From positions 1 through 63,722 of the forward strand of contig JAKMXF010000036.1 in NCBI GenBank assembly GCA_024704765.1: DNA of 63,722 nucleotides, written 5' to 3'. The position numbers and the translations under genes are program-made. Below the pieces are notes generated by a model. That model had not been told where the DNA came from and did not search any database. It worked only from the letters and a program-made list of their open reading frames with translations. Positions 11,619 to 23,277 of the stretch are shown here, in pieces (positions within the stretch are counted from its first letter, which is position 1; every line of letters begins with the position of its first letter). The DNA is from Oopsacas minuta. Lineage: Eukaryota > Animalia > Porifera.

Positions 11619-12929
11619 CAAGGGTTGTTCGATAAATAATGAGACTTTGTTTCATACTTCATATAGTAAACCTATACTTATCATAATTGATTATCAAATG
11701 TTTCGATAAACTCCCCTTTAATTTTATACATCGATTCCATCGTTCTGGTAACTTTTCCAGCCCAGTGGTATAAAATTCTTTAGGGGTCCCTTTTCCCACT
11801 TTTTTATTTCGTACTCTAGCCGTTTGAAATGCCCAATTCTCTCCCCTCGAAGGGGTTTCTTCATCTCTCTAAACAGCCAGTAATCGCTGGGAGCCAGGTA
11901 TGAACAACACGGGGGATGAGGGAGGCATTCGAATCCTAAGTCGTCAATTGCAGCCATTGTCTTGGAGCTTACATGGAGCCTTGCGTTGTCACGTTGCAGC
12001 AATACGCCACGTGTCAACTTGCCTCGCCTCTCACGTTTAATCGCTTGACGCAATTCTTTCAATTCGTCAAAGTAATAATCACTGTTTATAATGGTCTTCT
12101 CAGGCAACCAGTCGAGGTGTATAATTCCTTCCCTATCCCAAAATACCCTTGCCATTCTCTTCCCTGCTGATTTTGCGGCCTTTACCTTGATGGGTAGAGG
12201 TTCATCACGTCTCTTCCACTGCTTCGATTGAGTTTTGCTCTCTGGTTCATAATAATGAAACCAAGTTTTATCCCCGGTTACGATACGATCCAAAAGGTCT
12301 TCCTCTACCTTGTATCTTGAACGTAATTCTCTGCTAACTCTGACCCTTTCGCGTTTTTGTTCTTTTGAAAGAAGTTTTGGGACCCAACGCGCAGTTACCT
12401 TCGACATTTCTAGATCTTCAGTGATAATCGAGTGTAGTGGGCTTTTGATATACCTACTCTCTCTTCTAACTTTCGCAGGGTTATTCGTCTGTCCTCGTCC
12501 AAAATTGTTTGGACCCCTCTCGATATTACTGCGGGCTTTTGAGGAAGTCGGATGACCTGGGCGAGGGTCATCGTGGAGGTCCTCATCGACATTATCACAA
12601 CGTTCGATCCATCTATATATGGTTGCTTTCGAAGGACATTCATCACCGAAATATCCTGCATTTGACGAAGAATATATGAGCCATTATTCCCCTTTTTCCA
12701 CAGGTACCAAATTTTTTGTCGTTTTCCTTCTTTACTAAAATCCATTAGTTAAAAAAGTAGCCTATACAAATGAAACTTTATACTGAAGAATATGCTAGTA
12801 GAGTAAAGTGTATATTGCATAGAAGTTAGATAATCAAGTTAGGCTTGTAATCTGATATTAGGCTTAGAGCTGTATTAACAAGAATATGAATTCGATACGT
12901 TAGTCTCATTACTTATTGAACGACCCTTG
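11619..12929 (-). mobile_element. mariner (DD34D) element, frameshifted transposase
   Basis: 28-bp TIR (caagggttgttcgataaataatgagact, 3 mismatches) with TA duplications at 11617-18 and 12930-31. Transposase pieces lie at 11724..12745 (WVPKLL, TGDKTW, RDNARLH...APSDY; 34-residue spacing). Empty site at 22497. Confidence 0.95.
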
Positions 12930-13074
12930 TAACAAGCCGTTCAGCATACTTACGCTGGGCGGTTTTCGGACCCGTATTCGCCGGATGTACCCTACAAGTG
13001 CTTCATATAATCCTATTAATTTAATGATCAGTATATACGTATTTATTAAATCGTATTGAAAGCGTATTCATATA

Positions 13075-13711
13075 CCGTATTACCTCGAATAATAGCTGGG
13101 GCTTATTAATATCAAGCCGCCTTGAGAGGGAAGTTACGATTTTTGTAAACACAATAATTTCTAAATAATCATACAAATGTGCTTACATTATGTCTCTTTA
13201 TCCTAAAAAACAGTAGATAAATCAAAATATACGGGAAATGACGACTGTAAGCAGTTATTAGGGTGTTGGTATCGTGCGATCGATCACGATACATTATTGA
13301 CGATCGGGAATGATCGCCCATAATTATGCAAGCAGTGATCTAACGGAAGATCGCGATCATTTTTTCCCGAAAACTTTCGATGAGAATTTGAAAATTTCGA
13401 ATCTATACCCGAAATTGTTTATTCAAATGTATGTACTAATTTTCATGGCAATCAAACTGGTAGATTTGCATGCCCGCGACGGAAAGACGGACACATGTAA
13501 TAGAGCATAAATTTCAGAAAAGTGATCGGATAAAATGATCGTGAACGTGATCGCGATCCTTTTGGTGGCTGGGTCGCAATCACGATCTCCAATAATTTTG
13601 TAATGAACGAACGTGATCGTGATAGCGATAATAAAGTTGGTGATCGACTAATGCCCCATCAGTTATTAGTTTTTAGGAGCCTCAGGAGGGCTATTATTCG
13701 AGGTAATACGG
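13075..13711. mobile_element. TA-flanked MITE (Tc1/mariner/pogo-type), copy 1
   Basis: Perfect 22-bp TIR CCGTATTACCTCGAATAATAGC, TA on both sides, no transposase. Confidence 0.88.
13259..13658. mobile_element. hAT-like non-autonomous element nested in the MITE
   Basis: Ends TAGGG.../...CCCCA (imperfect 12-bp TIR), 8-bp flanks GCAGTTAT/TCAGTTAT (7/8), dense CGATC/GATCG subterminal motifs. Confidence 0.65.
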
Positions 13712-14199
13712 TATTTGTAAAAATTATTATATAATCTACAATTTATCACAGAATACTTTCGTATAAAATCGGGCAATAATTAGTAAAGAATCTACCCTAG
13801 ATGAACTGCCACAAACAGTGAAACGTGATAGCATTGTTCGGCGCCCCTACTGTCACGCCAAAACTGGTCCAGGACAAATCTCAAGGATAGCTTTGTACTA
13901 AAGTTGACAAATATGTCGCTTTCTCCTTGGAAAAAACCACTGGTAAAATTCCTACTTCAGAAGATCTGTCCTGTTACTCCTGTACTAATCCTTTTAGGGT
14001 AAAGGAATTACAGTTATAAAATGTAAATGTAAATATTTAAAAATTAGGTGTATAAATAATAAATATATTTATAAACTTCATCAATCCATCTCTCGTGGCT
14101 GCAAAGCTATCGGTGAGGCAGTCCGTTCGAGCCCGATCAAAGCGCATGAATGGAGACTCAGTTATGATTGAATACCCGAACTATACTATGAGAAAATAA

Positions 14200-15720
14200 A
14201 GGATACTGCATATCGAATGTGTAGTTTCCGAAAATATAGTCGAAAGCCACAAGGTGGATCAAGAAGCAAAAAATGAATGAATCAGCTATGAGCTATCTTC
14301 TACACCTAATTTAATCTCGTACAGACATATCACTTCTGTTCATGAATGAAATATGTTCGCATTAAAGAAAGGATTTACAATTATCAGTGTCTACTATTGC
14401 ACGATGTCTAGAAGATTGGCTTATTACTTAAAAAGACAGTTGAATTGAAACCACAAACAGAAATTTAGAAGAGAATTAAGTGGCAAGACATATATAAGAT
14501 TTATATTGTATATAATATGCAACTTTATTGGCTAAAATTATATATCAGAGCTGATAGAATTACAATAAATAAGAATAAATAGGACATACAATATTATTAC
14601 TATACTAAACTGTATCTATTGATACTTGTAACGACTTTATTATAAGAGAAATTGTTTCTAAATTGAGTGAGTATTGAAATGTCATCAGCTGATCTTGTTT
14701 ATACAATTTTAGTGAGTGAAAAGCTTGAGAAAAACTAAATTTATTGAAGAGTGATTGACGAGAATAAATCAAAAGCAATTCGCGTTGAGAGGAAATGAAA
14801 CAGTTGATCGACATGAAATCAGAAGGTGTTGAGAAAATTGGATAGTAATTGGACAGAAGTAAATGAGAGAAAGGAGAAGAGTAGAGAAGCCAAGAAATTG
14901 AAAAAACATTGAGCTGAAATATAGCATACACAGACTGTATAGTTGTAGCAAACAGATTATAAGTTTTCAGAGGATACTCCTATTCAACTGAAGTGGAGTT
15001 CTCGTGCTAGCATGTTGTTAACAATACTATGAATAAAAGGATTTATGTAGCTGATTTTATCCTTATAGAATTCAGATATTCTCTAAAGAAGGAGATTGGA
15101 TCAGAAGTGTCAAAGATGAAGAAATGGTTAGACCAGAAAATATCCTCATTATTCAACTTCCGTTTTCATACAACAATGTGGCGAGTGTATCCTAAAAACA
15201 TTATACTTTAGAAAAGAAAACTACAAATCTTGTCAATATATATCTCATAAGAGGTATCCGTACAGACAATATCAATGTATATGTAGATGTATACTGTATA
15301 GAGAGATAACACTGATAATGGTAACTCTTGATTTGAAAGAAGAAATATAATAATCCTAATCTCATTTCCACGAACTACAGAAACTAAAATCAGAGATATT
15401 TCATAAGCGGAAGGAGAATTCTATGTTTTGTTATCTGATACAGAATATCCTCTCCAAACATTTTCTAGAGAAGGAACTCTCCCTCAGATGTATTGTTACG
15501 AAAGATTTATTGAATGATGCTTTCTACATCTGTTTGGATCAACAACATAGCATAATTCTATCTGATTGAGGAACCAGTAAAGTGAAGATATTCTCAAATG
15601 AAGGTGAACTGATATTTCAGTTCTGTAATAAGGGAACAGCTGTATGAGAATTTACAATCCTCAGAGGAGTAGCAGTAGATAACTTAGGATCTATTATTAC
15701 AGTTGATTGGAGGCATAATC
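14200..15720 (+). pseudogene. Degenerate coiled-coil + NHL-repeat gene
   Basis: Fragmented frames with NHL remnants (YICLDQQHSIILSD*GTSKVKIFSNEGELIFQF) and many stops. Boundaries approximate; the 5' part is duplicated at ~23770..24063. Confidence 0.5.
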
Positions 15721-15725
15721 ATAAA

Positions 15726-16138
15726 GGGAAGTTTCGCTAGTCAGAATTTCGAAGTTGTCATTAGTCAGAATATCCTTAGTTGTCACAAGTCAGAATCGAT
15801 TTTCAGACTGTTGTCACAAGTCAGAATCTGCTTTTCCGATATGTCGCGTGGCAAAAACTTTGTATTGTATTAATTACAAGCCCGTACCATTGGGAGGGGA
15901 TTAGGGATTTAGTTTACTACCTTATGGATCTGGGAGTTTTTATTTGTACTTGTTATTAAGCTACATAGGGGCGGGGATGTGGACTTCATGGTAATTTTGT
16001 GTTTGGTTGGACAAATTATTAGAAAAGTTTGCAAAATGGCGGGTCGTTGGATTTTTTTGTTTTTAAACTTGTGACAACAGTCTGAAAATCGATTCTGACT
16101 TGTGACAACTAAGGATATTCTGACTAGTGAATGCGCCC
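15726..16138. mobile_element. Foldback/Harbinger-like MITE with modular TIR
   Basis: Perfect 60-bp inverted arms 15762..15821 and 16067..16126 built from AGTCAGAAT/GTTGTCACA modules. The right end reads GGGGCGCATTCACTAGTCAGAAT on the minus strand. Confidence 0.75.
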
Positions 16139-17828
16139 CAATCATATGCTACAAGCAATCTCTCAAGCTCTCTTTATTGAACAATAATTGTATATTAATA
16201 TGCTCTAACTTTCTAGAATTTTGATTAGATGTGTTGTAATGGGCGAGGGACAGTACTAACTATGTATGTCTGAAAACGAAATGGTTGCTTAATATGTGAG
16301 GAGTTATTTTTAGGATCTTCTAGTCAAATTGGACAGCTTGACGTAGACCACTAGAGATAAGATCTTGAAATGCTAACTTCATGAGGATACCATTAAAAAT
16401 TATTTGGGTAACAAAAATTTGAAGGTAGCCAAATTGTTTCTTGAAATATTCACATGCAGATTTACAAATGTGTGGGGCCTTTCTCATATGTTGTTACTGA
16501 TCATATGGGGGTCATCAGACCCCTGAAGCTATTCCTATGGATAACTTTTACTTTAAGCTAGCAAATATAGAAATACAGTAGAACTCGGATATAACGTTTT
16601 TCGGTATTAATAATCAATTTGTGTGTTAAATTTGGAAAAAAAAGTATTTATCGCTATGATGATATGAAATATTTGGGTTTCTCAGAAGAAAATTTCTTAC
16701 AAATTTGTATATTCAACCAACAACCTTAGGGCATAATATAATCAATAATTATTGAAATAACAGTTGTTGAAAGAAGTGGCTATACATATTGACTCCAAAC
16801 TCTCTAATTAAAGGACATTTACATTTGAAATTATAAATGGGGAAAGGGGGGTATCTGGAGACTCGCCGGCCCGACTTCCCCCACTTATAGAGGTTCTACT
16901 ATAATTTCAATATTTTCACGGCCTCCGTCTATAAAATAATCGAAAGATAATTCAATGGAAGCGAGTAATTACATTAAGAATTGCACAGAAAGGGTGCAGG
17001 AATTGACTCCATATCTAGGTGGAGTATGAACATTTTTACGACAGGTTGCGTCGGTCATGAATTGCCAAAACTCTATTCTTTAATCCCGGAAAAGACTTTA
17101 TTGATCTTAGAATTCATTCAGTGGTGATACGACTGTAATGACGGATAGAAATCCACATTCCTTAGAGACACAATTAACTCCTAGATACGATTATATAAAC
17201 CAAGATTTGGCTCCTATTTCCAATGAGATAACTGCCAGAACATTTCAGTGTCAGAGATGTGCCCCTAGTTACCACCCACGTTTACAGATACTTACCCCTT
17301 GGAGAAAGATCATAAACCTGTGACTAACAATAAAGTTATTAAGCGTGAGCGATCTAGAAGTCAAATGATAATAATATGTTTCATAAATGACTTCCAATGG
17401 TTGACAGTTCAACGTCGATTTTGCCATGCATATCGAACGGAATATTATATGTATTTGACAGTCCTATTACGAATTAGATTATTATTTGCAGAATATGAAT
17501 ATACGTGTGCTAAAGCTGTGAATTATGGAAGCTTTGGCCATGTTGGTATTTGATGTATAATAATTATTATTATTATTACGCTATTTAGGATAAAATAATC
17601 TCAAATGAGAATAATCGTTATTAGAATTTGTATTATGTAATACATCATTAATTTATTGGAAATTAGTATTCATTGAATTTAACTCGAAATAGATTTTTAG
17701 TTGAATATTACAAATTGAAAAGTTCAACGAAAATGTAAATCGGTTCTTTGACTAAGAATATCCTACAATAGCTCTTAGATTACTATATAACTATCAAATA
17801 TAATCAAAAGAATATAGTAGTATTCATA

Positions 17829-18977
17829 ATGGCTATAAAATTTGTATTCATTTTACAAGATATTCTCTATGGAATGTTCATGGTTGTACTCTTTTTATTC
17901 CAAACATATTATATCGGAGCTACAATTAAACAATTCAGAAATAAATTAAGAGAATTTAGAAACACTCGCAAGTTAGATACATTTCAGATAAATACAATAG
18001 TCAAATACAAACTTTTGTATAACCAAAAGACGATTCTCATCAAAAGTCTATTCATTATATTCATATTATCATATGAGATAGTAATGTTTAGTTACGCAAT
18101 TGTGTATTTTGCAGTTTTCAACGTAAATATCAAACATCCTTATTTAATAGAAGAAGTACAAATGATTTCACTGAATTGTTCTGTACATCCGAGCTTTGGA
18201 TATTACTACCATTATCCGGCATCTAGATTCTTACCTATAAGTCTAGGAATAATGCTATGCAGCTTAATAACTCTCATTTCTATCCTCACTACATTTCTTA
18301 AGAAACGGTACTATGTCCATTCGATTCGTACATCCTTGATAAGGTATGCTGTCTGTTGGTGCATTGAAGTAATTGTTCTATTAGCTTGTTGTACAGTATA
18401 CACACTACCTCTTCTCTTTATACTTGCTCCATCACTCGCATTCATCAACTGGGTATACTTCGTGTATGAAAGTAAACAACTTGTTTACATTCTGAAAGCT
18501 AGAATAAGAGATATTGTGAATTATGATTGGGATCGAATGCATTACAAAGAGAGCAGAGATTCATATAGGATGTATGTTGTATTCAGTATTATCTACTTAT
18601 CCGGCTTGCTAATATTGATTTTTGTAGTGATGGGAAATTTCGCGGACTCTATCCTCCGGCTTTTGTTTATTAACGATTGCTATTTTGAAACTGTTTACAA
18701 CTACAAAATTCCGATAGAAATTGATGAAATTTGGAAATCCCGTATTTCAAATTGTATCAGATACATTACCCATTATATTGCCCCATTCATTCATTGTGTT
18801 AGTATAATCCTATTAATATCCCCTCTCATCCTGAATATTGTTTGGAAGTGTTCAACACAGTTTGTAAGGAATAGAATAACTCCAATCCGTTATACTCCAA
18901 TCTATGAAGGTTATAACGGAGATCGTAGTAGACCATGGCTCAAGGTATATGCAAGGAAACATTTCTTTAACTGTTGA
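17829..18977 (+). CDS. Multi-pass membrane protein, copy 2
   Basis: 382 aa, near-identical to copy 1 up to VVFSIIY, with a strongly diverged C-terminal third. Confidence 0.8.
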   Translation: MAIKFVFILQDILYGMFMVVLFLFQTYYIGATIKQFRNKLREFRNTRKLDTFQINTIVKYKLLYNQKTILIKSLFIIFILSYEIVMFSYAIVYFAVFNVNIKHPYLIEEVQMISLNCSVHPSFGYYYHYPASRFLPISLGIMLCSLITLISILTTFLKKRYYVHSIRTSLIRYAVCWCIEVIVLLACCTVYTLPLLFILAPSLAFINWVYFVYESKQLVYILKARIRDIVNYDWDRMHYKESRDSYRMYVVFSIIYLSGLLILIFVVMGNFADSILRLLFINDCYFETVYNYKIPIEIDEIWKSRISNCIRYITHYIAPFIHCVSIILLISPLILNIVWKCSTQFVRNRITPIRYTPIYEGYNGDRSRPWLKVYARKHFFNC

Positions 18978-21291
18978 ATTTCTATAATATCATGAGGATT
19001 GTATGAATTTTGTCTATCGTCTTTAATGCAATAATATTGTAATGTTGTTAATACTTGAGTTCTGAATACTCAAATTGAGTATATTCAATGCTATGGGATA
19101 TTATACTTTTAACAATCGCTTGTACAAACGAGCCGGGTGCTCAGTTTGAATTAGTAGGTTTTTGTAATGGGAGAAAATGTAAACAGCAGATTATGTGTAG
19201 CTATTAAGTATTGATACTTGTGTCCTAAACTATTGAATAATCTACGTGATAGAGTTGTTATACACTAGATTGATTTGAAACCTTATAAATTGGGAAGAGG
19301 GTGCAAAACTGAAAGTGAACTTCTCGTTTAAGTAACCAAAAATTCTGAATAACAAATTTCATTGGCGATCACCAAGCGATTACTCATATAATAATTTCCC
19401 TCCAGAAGAAAATTTATTATTCCTTTTCAGTGTAATGAATTTTCACTTTTATTATTGATATAATTGTAATTATCGTTTTAGTGCAACTCCTATAGGGAGA
19501 TTTCTTAATGGCATGGACGATGTACGACGTCCTTATCTCCATCTGTACGGCCGTACGAAATCTGTCAGTCCGATTAACATGAAATTGGTAAACATTTTGA
19601 ATCGGAAATTCACACCTCAGATATGATTTTTTCTAGAGTGAATAATTCACCTTAATATATACAATTCAATAGCATGTTAGGGATTAGGTTCATTGTTGCC
19701 AAATCAAGAACATAGTTATTAGATTTTGGCATTGACAGGAATTTTTTACTTATGTCATGAACATCGCAAGAACCATTTACATTGGCACGAACTTTTAGGA
19801 TAACCTGAAAATGATATCAAGATAGAATAAACTAGTATTTTGGCAAGAACTTAACATTTCGAACTTTAGATATTTCATCTGATATAATTTGGTATTTTAC
19901 CCCACTTTGAATCAAAATATCCCCGTGGGCATACTTTGTGGGTGTATAATGACTTATCGATTTACTAGTACATTCCATGTGCTGTATTTCATCATTGATT
20001 TTACAAGTATGAATATATTATCAATTTGGATATTCGAGAACTGAAATATTTCTTTTAACAGTAGAATAATGTCTCTATATCCAGATAATGTAATTCAATT
20101 TGTTTGAGAAATATTTCAGTTTGTGTATAAGAGACAGACTCAGTACACTCAATAGAATTTGGGATTTTCTTCACATCTAGTTTGAATTCATTTTATACAA
20201 CTCATAATATATATATTTGATGTTAATAATCGAAACTTCTCATTTACTGAGAAGTTTCGATTATTCACAACAAAGGACCAAAAGAAGAATTGTGAGGTTC
20301 CATTCCTTGAGAAGCATGCTCACCAACATCAGTCTATCCGGAGAGAATATATGTTTAATGGTAACTATATTGTATAATTTATGTGTAATATATTCATTAT
20401 TTTCTTCTATGAAATGAGAATAATTTTTGTTTATTATTTCCTTCAAATTCGTATTTATCACTTTAATTGACCAATTTAATTCTTAAATCTTAACTAAGAA
20501 ATTGGGAATATCTCTATGTCGATTTTTGCCAATATCACAAGAGTAAACAGCCAAGGGCGTCGATCTCTTAGCCCCCCCTAATCTCTCCCCTGTTCAGAAA
20601 TTTTGATTATTAACTATATTTGCCAGATACCAACCCTCTGTAACTCCTACATTATTTTGAAAATTAATGCACAGTTGCATTGCAGGCTTTGTAGCGTAAT
20701 TATATCATAATCAGTTAACAAGGCTAAATTAATGATCAGATTGTATTATCTAACTAGATAGCATTTGGCCAGAATATGAGCATTTCTAACTCACTATTTG
20801 GATAGCCTGTGTGGTTTTGATTGGATTATCGTTAGATCTTGGCTGTACGAGGCGGCTGGAAGTTCCTTGACCCGCGTACATGTTGCTAAGTGTTGCGAAG
20901 GGAAGCATTCGGAGAAACAGGGTTTCCTAGTGAATAATGTTCGGGGTAACAGGATTACTTCTGACACCGCTTCTGCTAGATCCTAAGACCACCACTCCCC
21001 ATTATATATTGCGATTTTCCCCGAATTTGAAATCTTGGCCTTGGGCTATGCAAAATCCTGGAACCGCCCCTGTATCACAGATACAGGACACCATGTGGAA
21101 GCTTCCTGGAATAGCAATGATAATAGAATCTATATAGAACGATCGGCGAAGAAGTATTGTATTGTCTCGCCCTCTCTGCCATTTAGCATATCTATGATTC
21201 TGAAATGAACGATATCAGATATTAACCCCCGGGAAAGCATTATAGAAGGAAAACTAAAATTAAATTTGATAATATCAATTGAATTTATAAC

Positions 21292-22434
21292 ATGGCATTG
21301 ATTTACAAACTACAAAATATCCTATATGTGGCAGTTATTATATTATTCCTTTTATTCCAAACATATTATATCGGAGCTACAATTAAACAATTCAGGAATC
21401 AATTGAGAGAATTTAGAAACACTCGCAAGTTAGATACATTTCAGATAAATACAATAGTCAAATACAAACTTTTGTATAACCAAAAGACGATTCTCATCAA
21501 AAGTCTATTCATTATATTCATATTATCATATGAGATAGTAATGTTTAGTTACACATTAGTGTATTTTGCAGTTTTCAACATAAATATCGAACATCCTTAT
21601 GTAATAGAAGAAGTACAAATGATTTCACTGAATTGTTCTGTACATCCGACCTTGGGATATTACTACCATTATCCGGCATCTAGATTCTTACCTATAAGTC
21701 TAGGAATAATGCTATGCAGCTTAATAACTCTCATTTCTATCCTCACTACATTTCTTAAGAAACGATACTATGTCCATTCGATTCGTACATCCTTGATAAG
21801 GTATGCTGTCTGTTGGTGCATTGAAGTAATTGTTCTATTAGCTTGTTGTACAGTATACACACTACCTCTTCTCTTTATACTTGCTCCATCACTCGCATTC
21901 ATCAACTGGGTATACTTCGTGTATGAAAGTAAACAACTTGCTTACATTCTGAAAGCTAGAATAAGAGATATTGTGAATTATGAATGGGATCGAATGCATT
22001 ACAAAGAGAGCAGACATTCATATAGGATGTATGTTGTATTCAGTATTATCTACTCATTCGCCTTGCTGAATATGATTATTGTATTAGCACTAGATTTAGC
22101 GAGACTACCTATTCGTCTTGTGTTACTAGATGAGTGCTATTTTCAAGTAGTTTACAAATACAAATTTGATTTACAACTTAGCCAAAATTTCATTCAAAAA
22201 GTATCTAATTAGACTCATGATTTCGAGGTATATATTTTACCTTTCATTGCCTACTTCTCGTTCAGTACACTCTTAATTCCATTCATTGCAATTGTTGTCT
22301 GGAATACAATGACAGAATGTATAAAGAACAGAACAACTCCAATTCGTTACACTCCTGTATAAGGAGGTTCCAATAGAGATCATGGAAGATTAAGACTTAA
22401 GGTACATCGTAGGGAACCTTTATTCAGCTTCTGA
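21292..22434 (+). pseudogene. Multi-pass membrane protein, copy 3 (nonsense-disrupted)
   Basis: The ORF stops at KVSN* (22212) where copy 1 has KVSYW. The frame continues homologous to copy 1, with a second stop (TPV* vs TPVY), to EPLFSF*. Confidence 0.85.
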
Positions 22435-22639
22435 ATTGTGTCCACTCAAACTATGCTATAAGGACAAATCAGACTAATTATGTAGTATATCAATAATAAC
22501 AAGCCGTTGAGCATACTTACGCTGCGGTTTGCGGACCGGTATTCGCCGGATGTACCCTACAAGTGCTTCATATAATCCTATTAATTTAATGATCAGTATA
22601 TACGTATTTATTAAATCGTATTGAAAGCGTATTCATATA

Positions 22640-23277
22640 CCGTATTACCTCGAATAATAGCTGGGGCTTATTAATATCAAGCCGCCTTGAGAGGGAAGTT
22701 ACGATTTTTGTAAACACAATAATTTCTAAATAATCATACAAATGTGCTTACATTATGTCTCTTTATCCTAAAAAACAGTAGATAAATCAAAATATACGGG
22801 AAATGACGACTGTAAGCAGTTATTAGGGTGTTAGTATCGTGCGATCGATCACGATACATTATTGACGATCGGGGAATGATCGCCCATAATTATACAAGCA
22901 GTGATCTAACGGAAGATCGCGATCATTTTTTCCCGAAAACTTTCGATGAGAATTTGAAAATTTCGAATCTATACCCGAAATTGTTTATTCAAATGTATGT
23001 ACTAATTTTCATGGCAATCAAACTGTTAGATTTGCATGCCCGCGACGGAAAGACGGACACATGTAATAGAGCATAAATTTCAGAAAAGTGATCGGAAAAA
23101 TGATCGTGAACGTGATCGCGATCCTTTTTGGCGGCTGGATCGCAATCACGATCTCCAATAATTTTCTAATGAACGAACGTGATCGTGATAGCGATAATAA
23201 AGTTGGTGATCGACTAATGCCCCATCAGTTATTAGTTTTTAGGGGCCTCAGGAGGGCTATTATTCGAGGTAATACGG
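22640..23277. mobile_element. TA-flanked MITE with nested hAT-like element, copy 2
   Basis: Same 22-bp TIR and the same nested CGATC-rich insert as 13075..13711; copied by the segmental duplication. Confidence 0.88.

Larger units (their letters stand above)
10018..14491 (+). repeat. Segmental duplication unit (5' part shared with 17463.., 3' part shared with ..24063)
   Basis: 10018..~11180 matches 17463..~18595. ~10470..14491 (minus the mariner insert) matches ~21350..24063; the shared end is gtggcaagacat. Confidence 0.9.

Noticed and set aside
12945-13000. ATACTTAC-starting GC-rich patch (also ~22513) as a U1 snRNA or SL RNA gene
   Set aside because: The match to U1 ends after 8 nt. On the minus strand it is GTAAGTAT, but I found no Sm site or recognisable snRNA fold downstream.
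15739-15830. Regularly spaced short repeats as a CRISPR array
   Set aside because: The units are TIR modules with a mirror copy and no unique spacers, in eukaryotic context with no cas genes.
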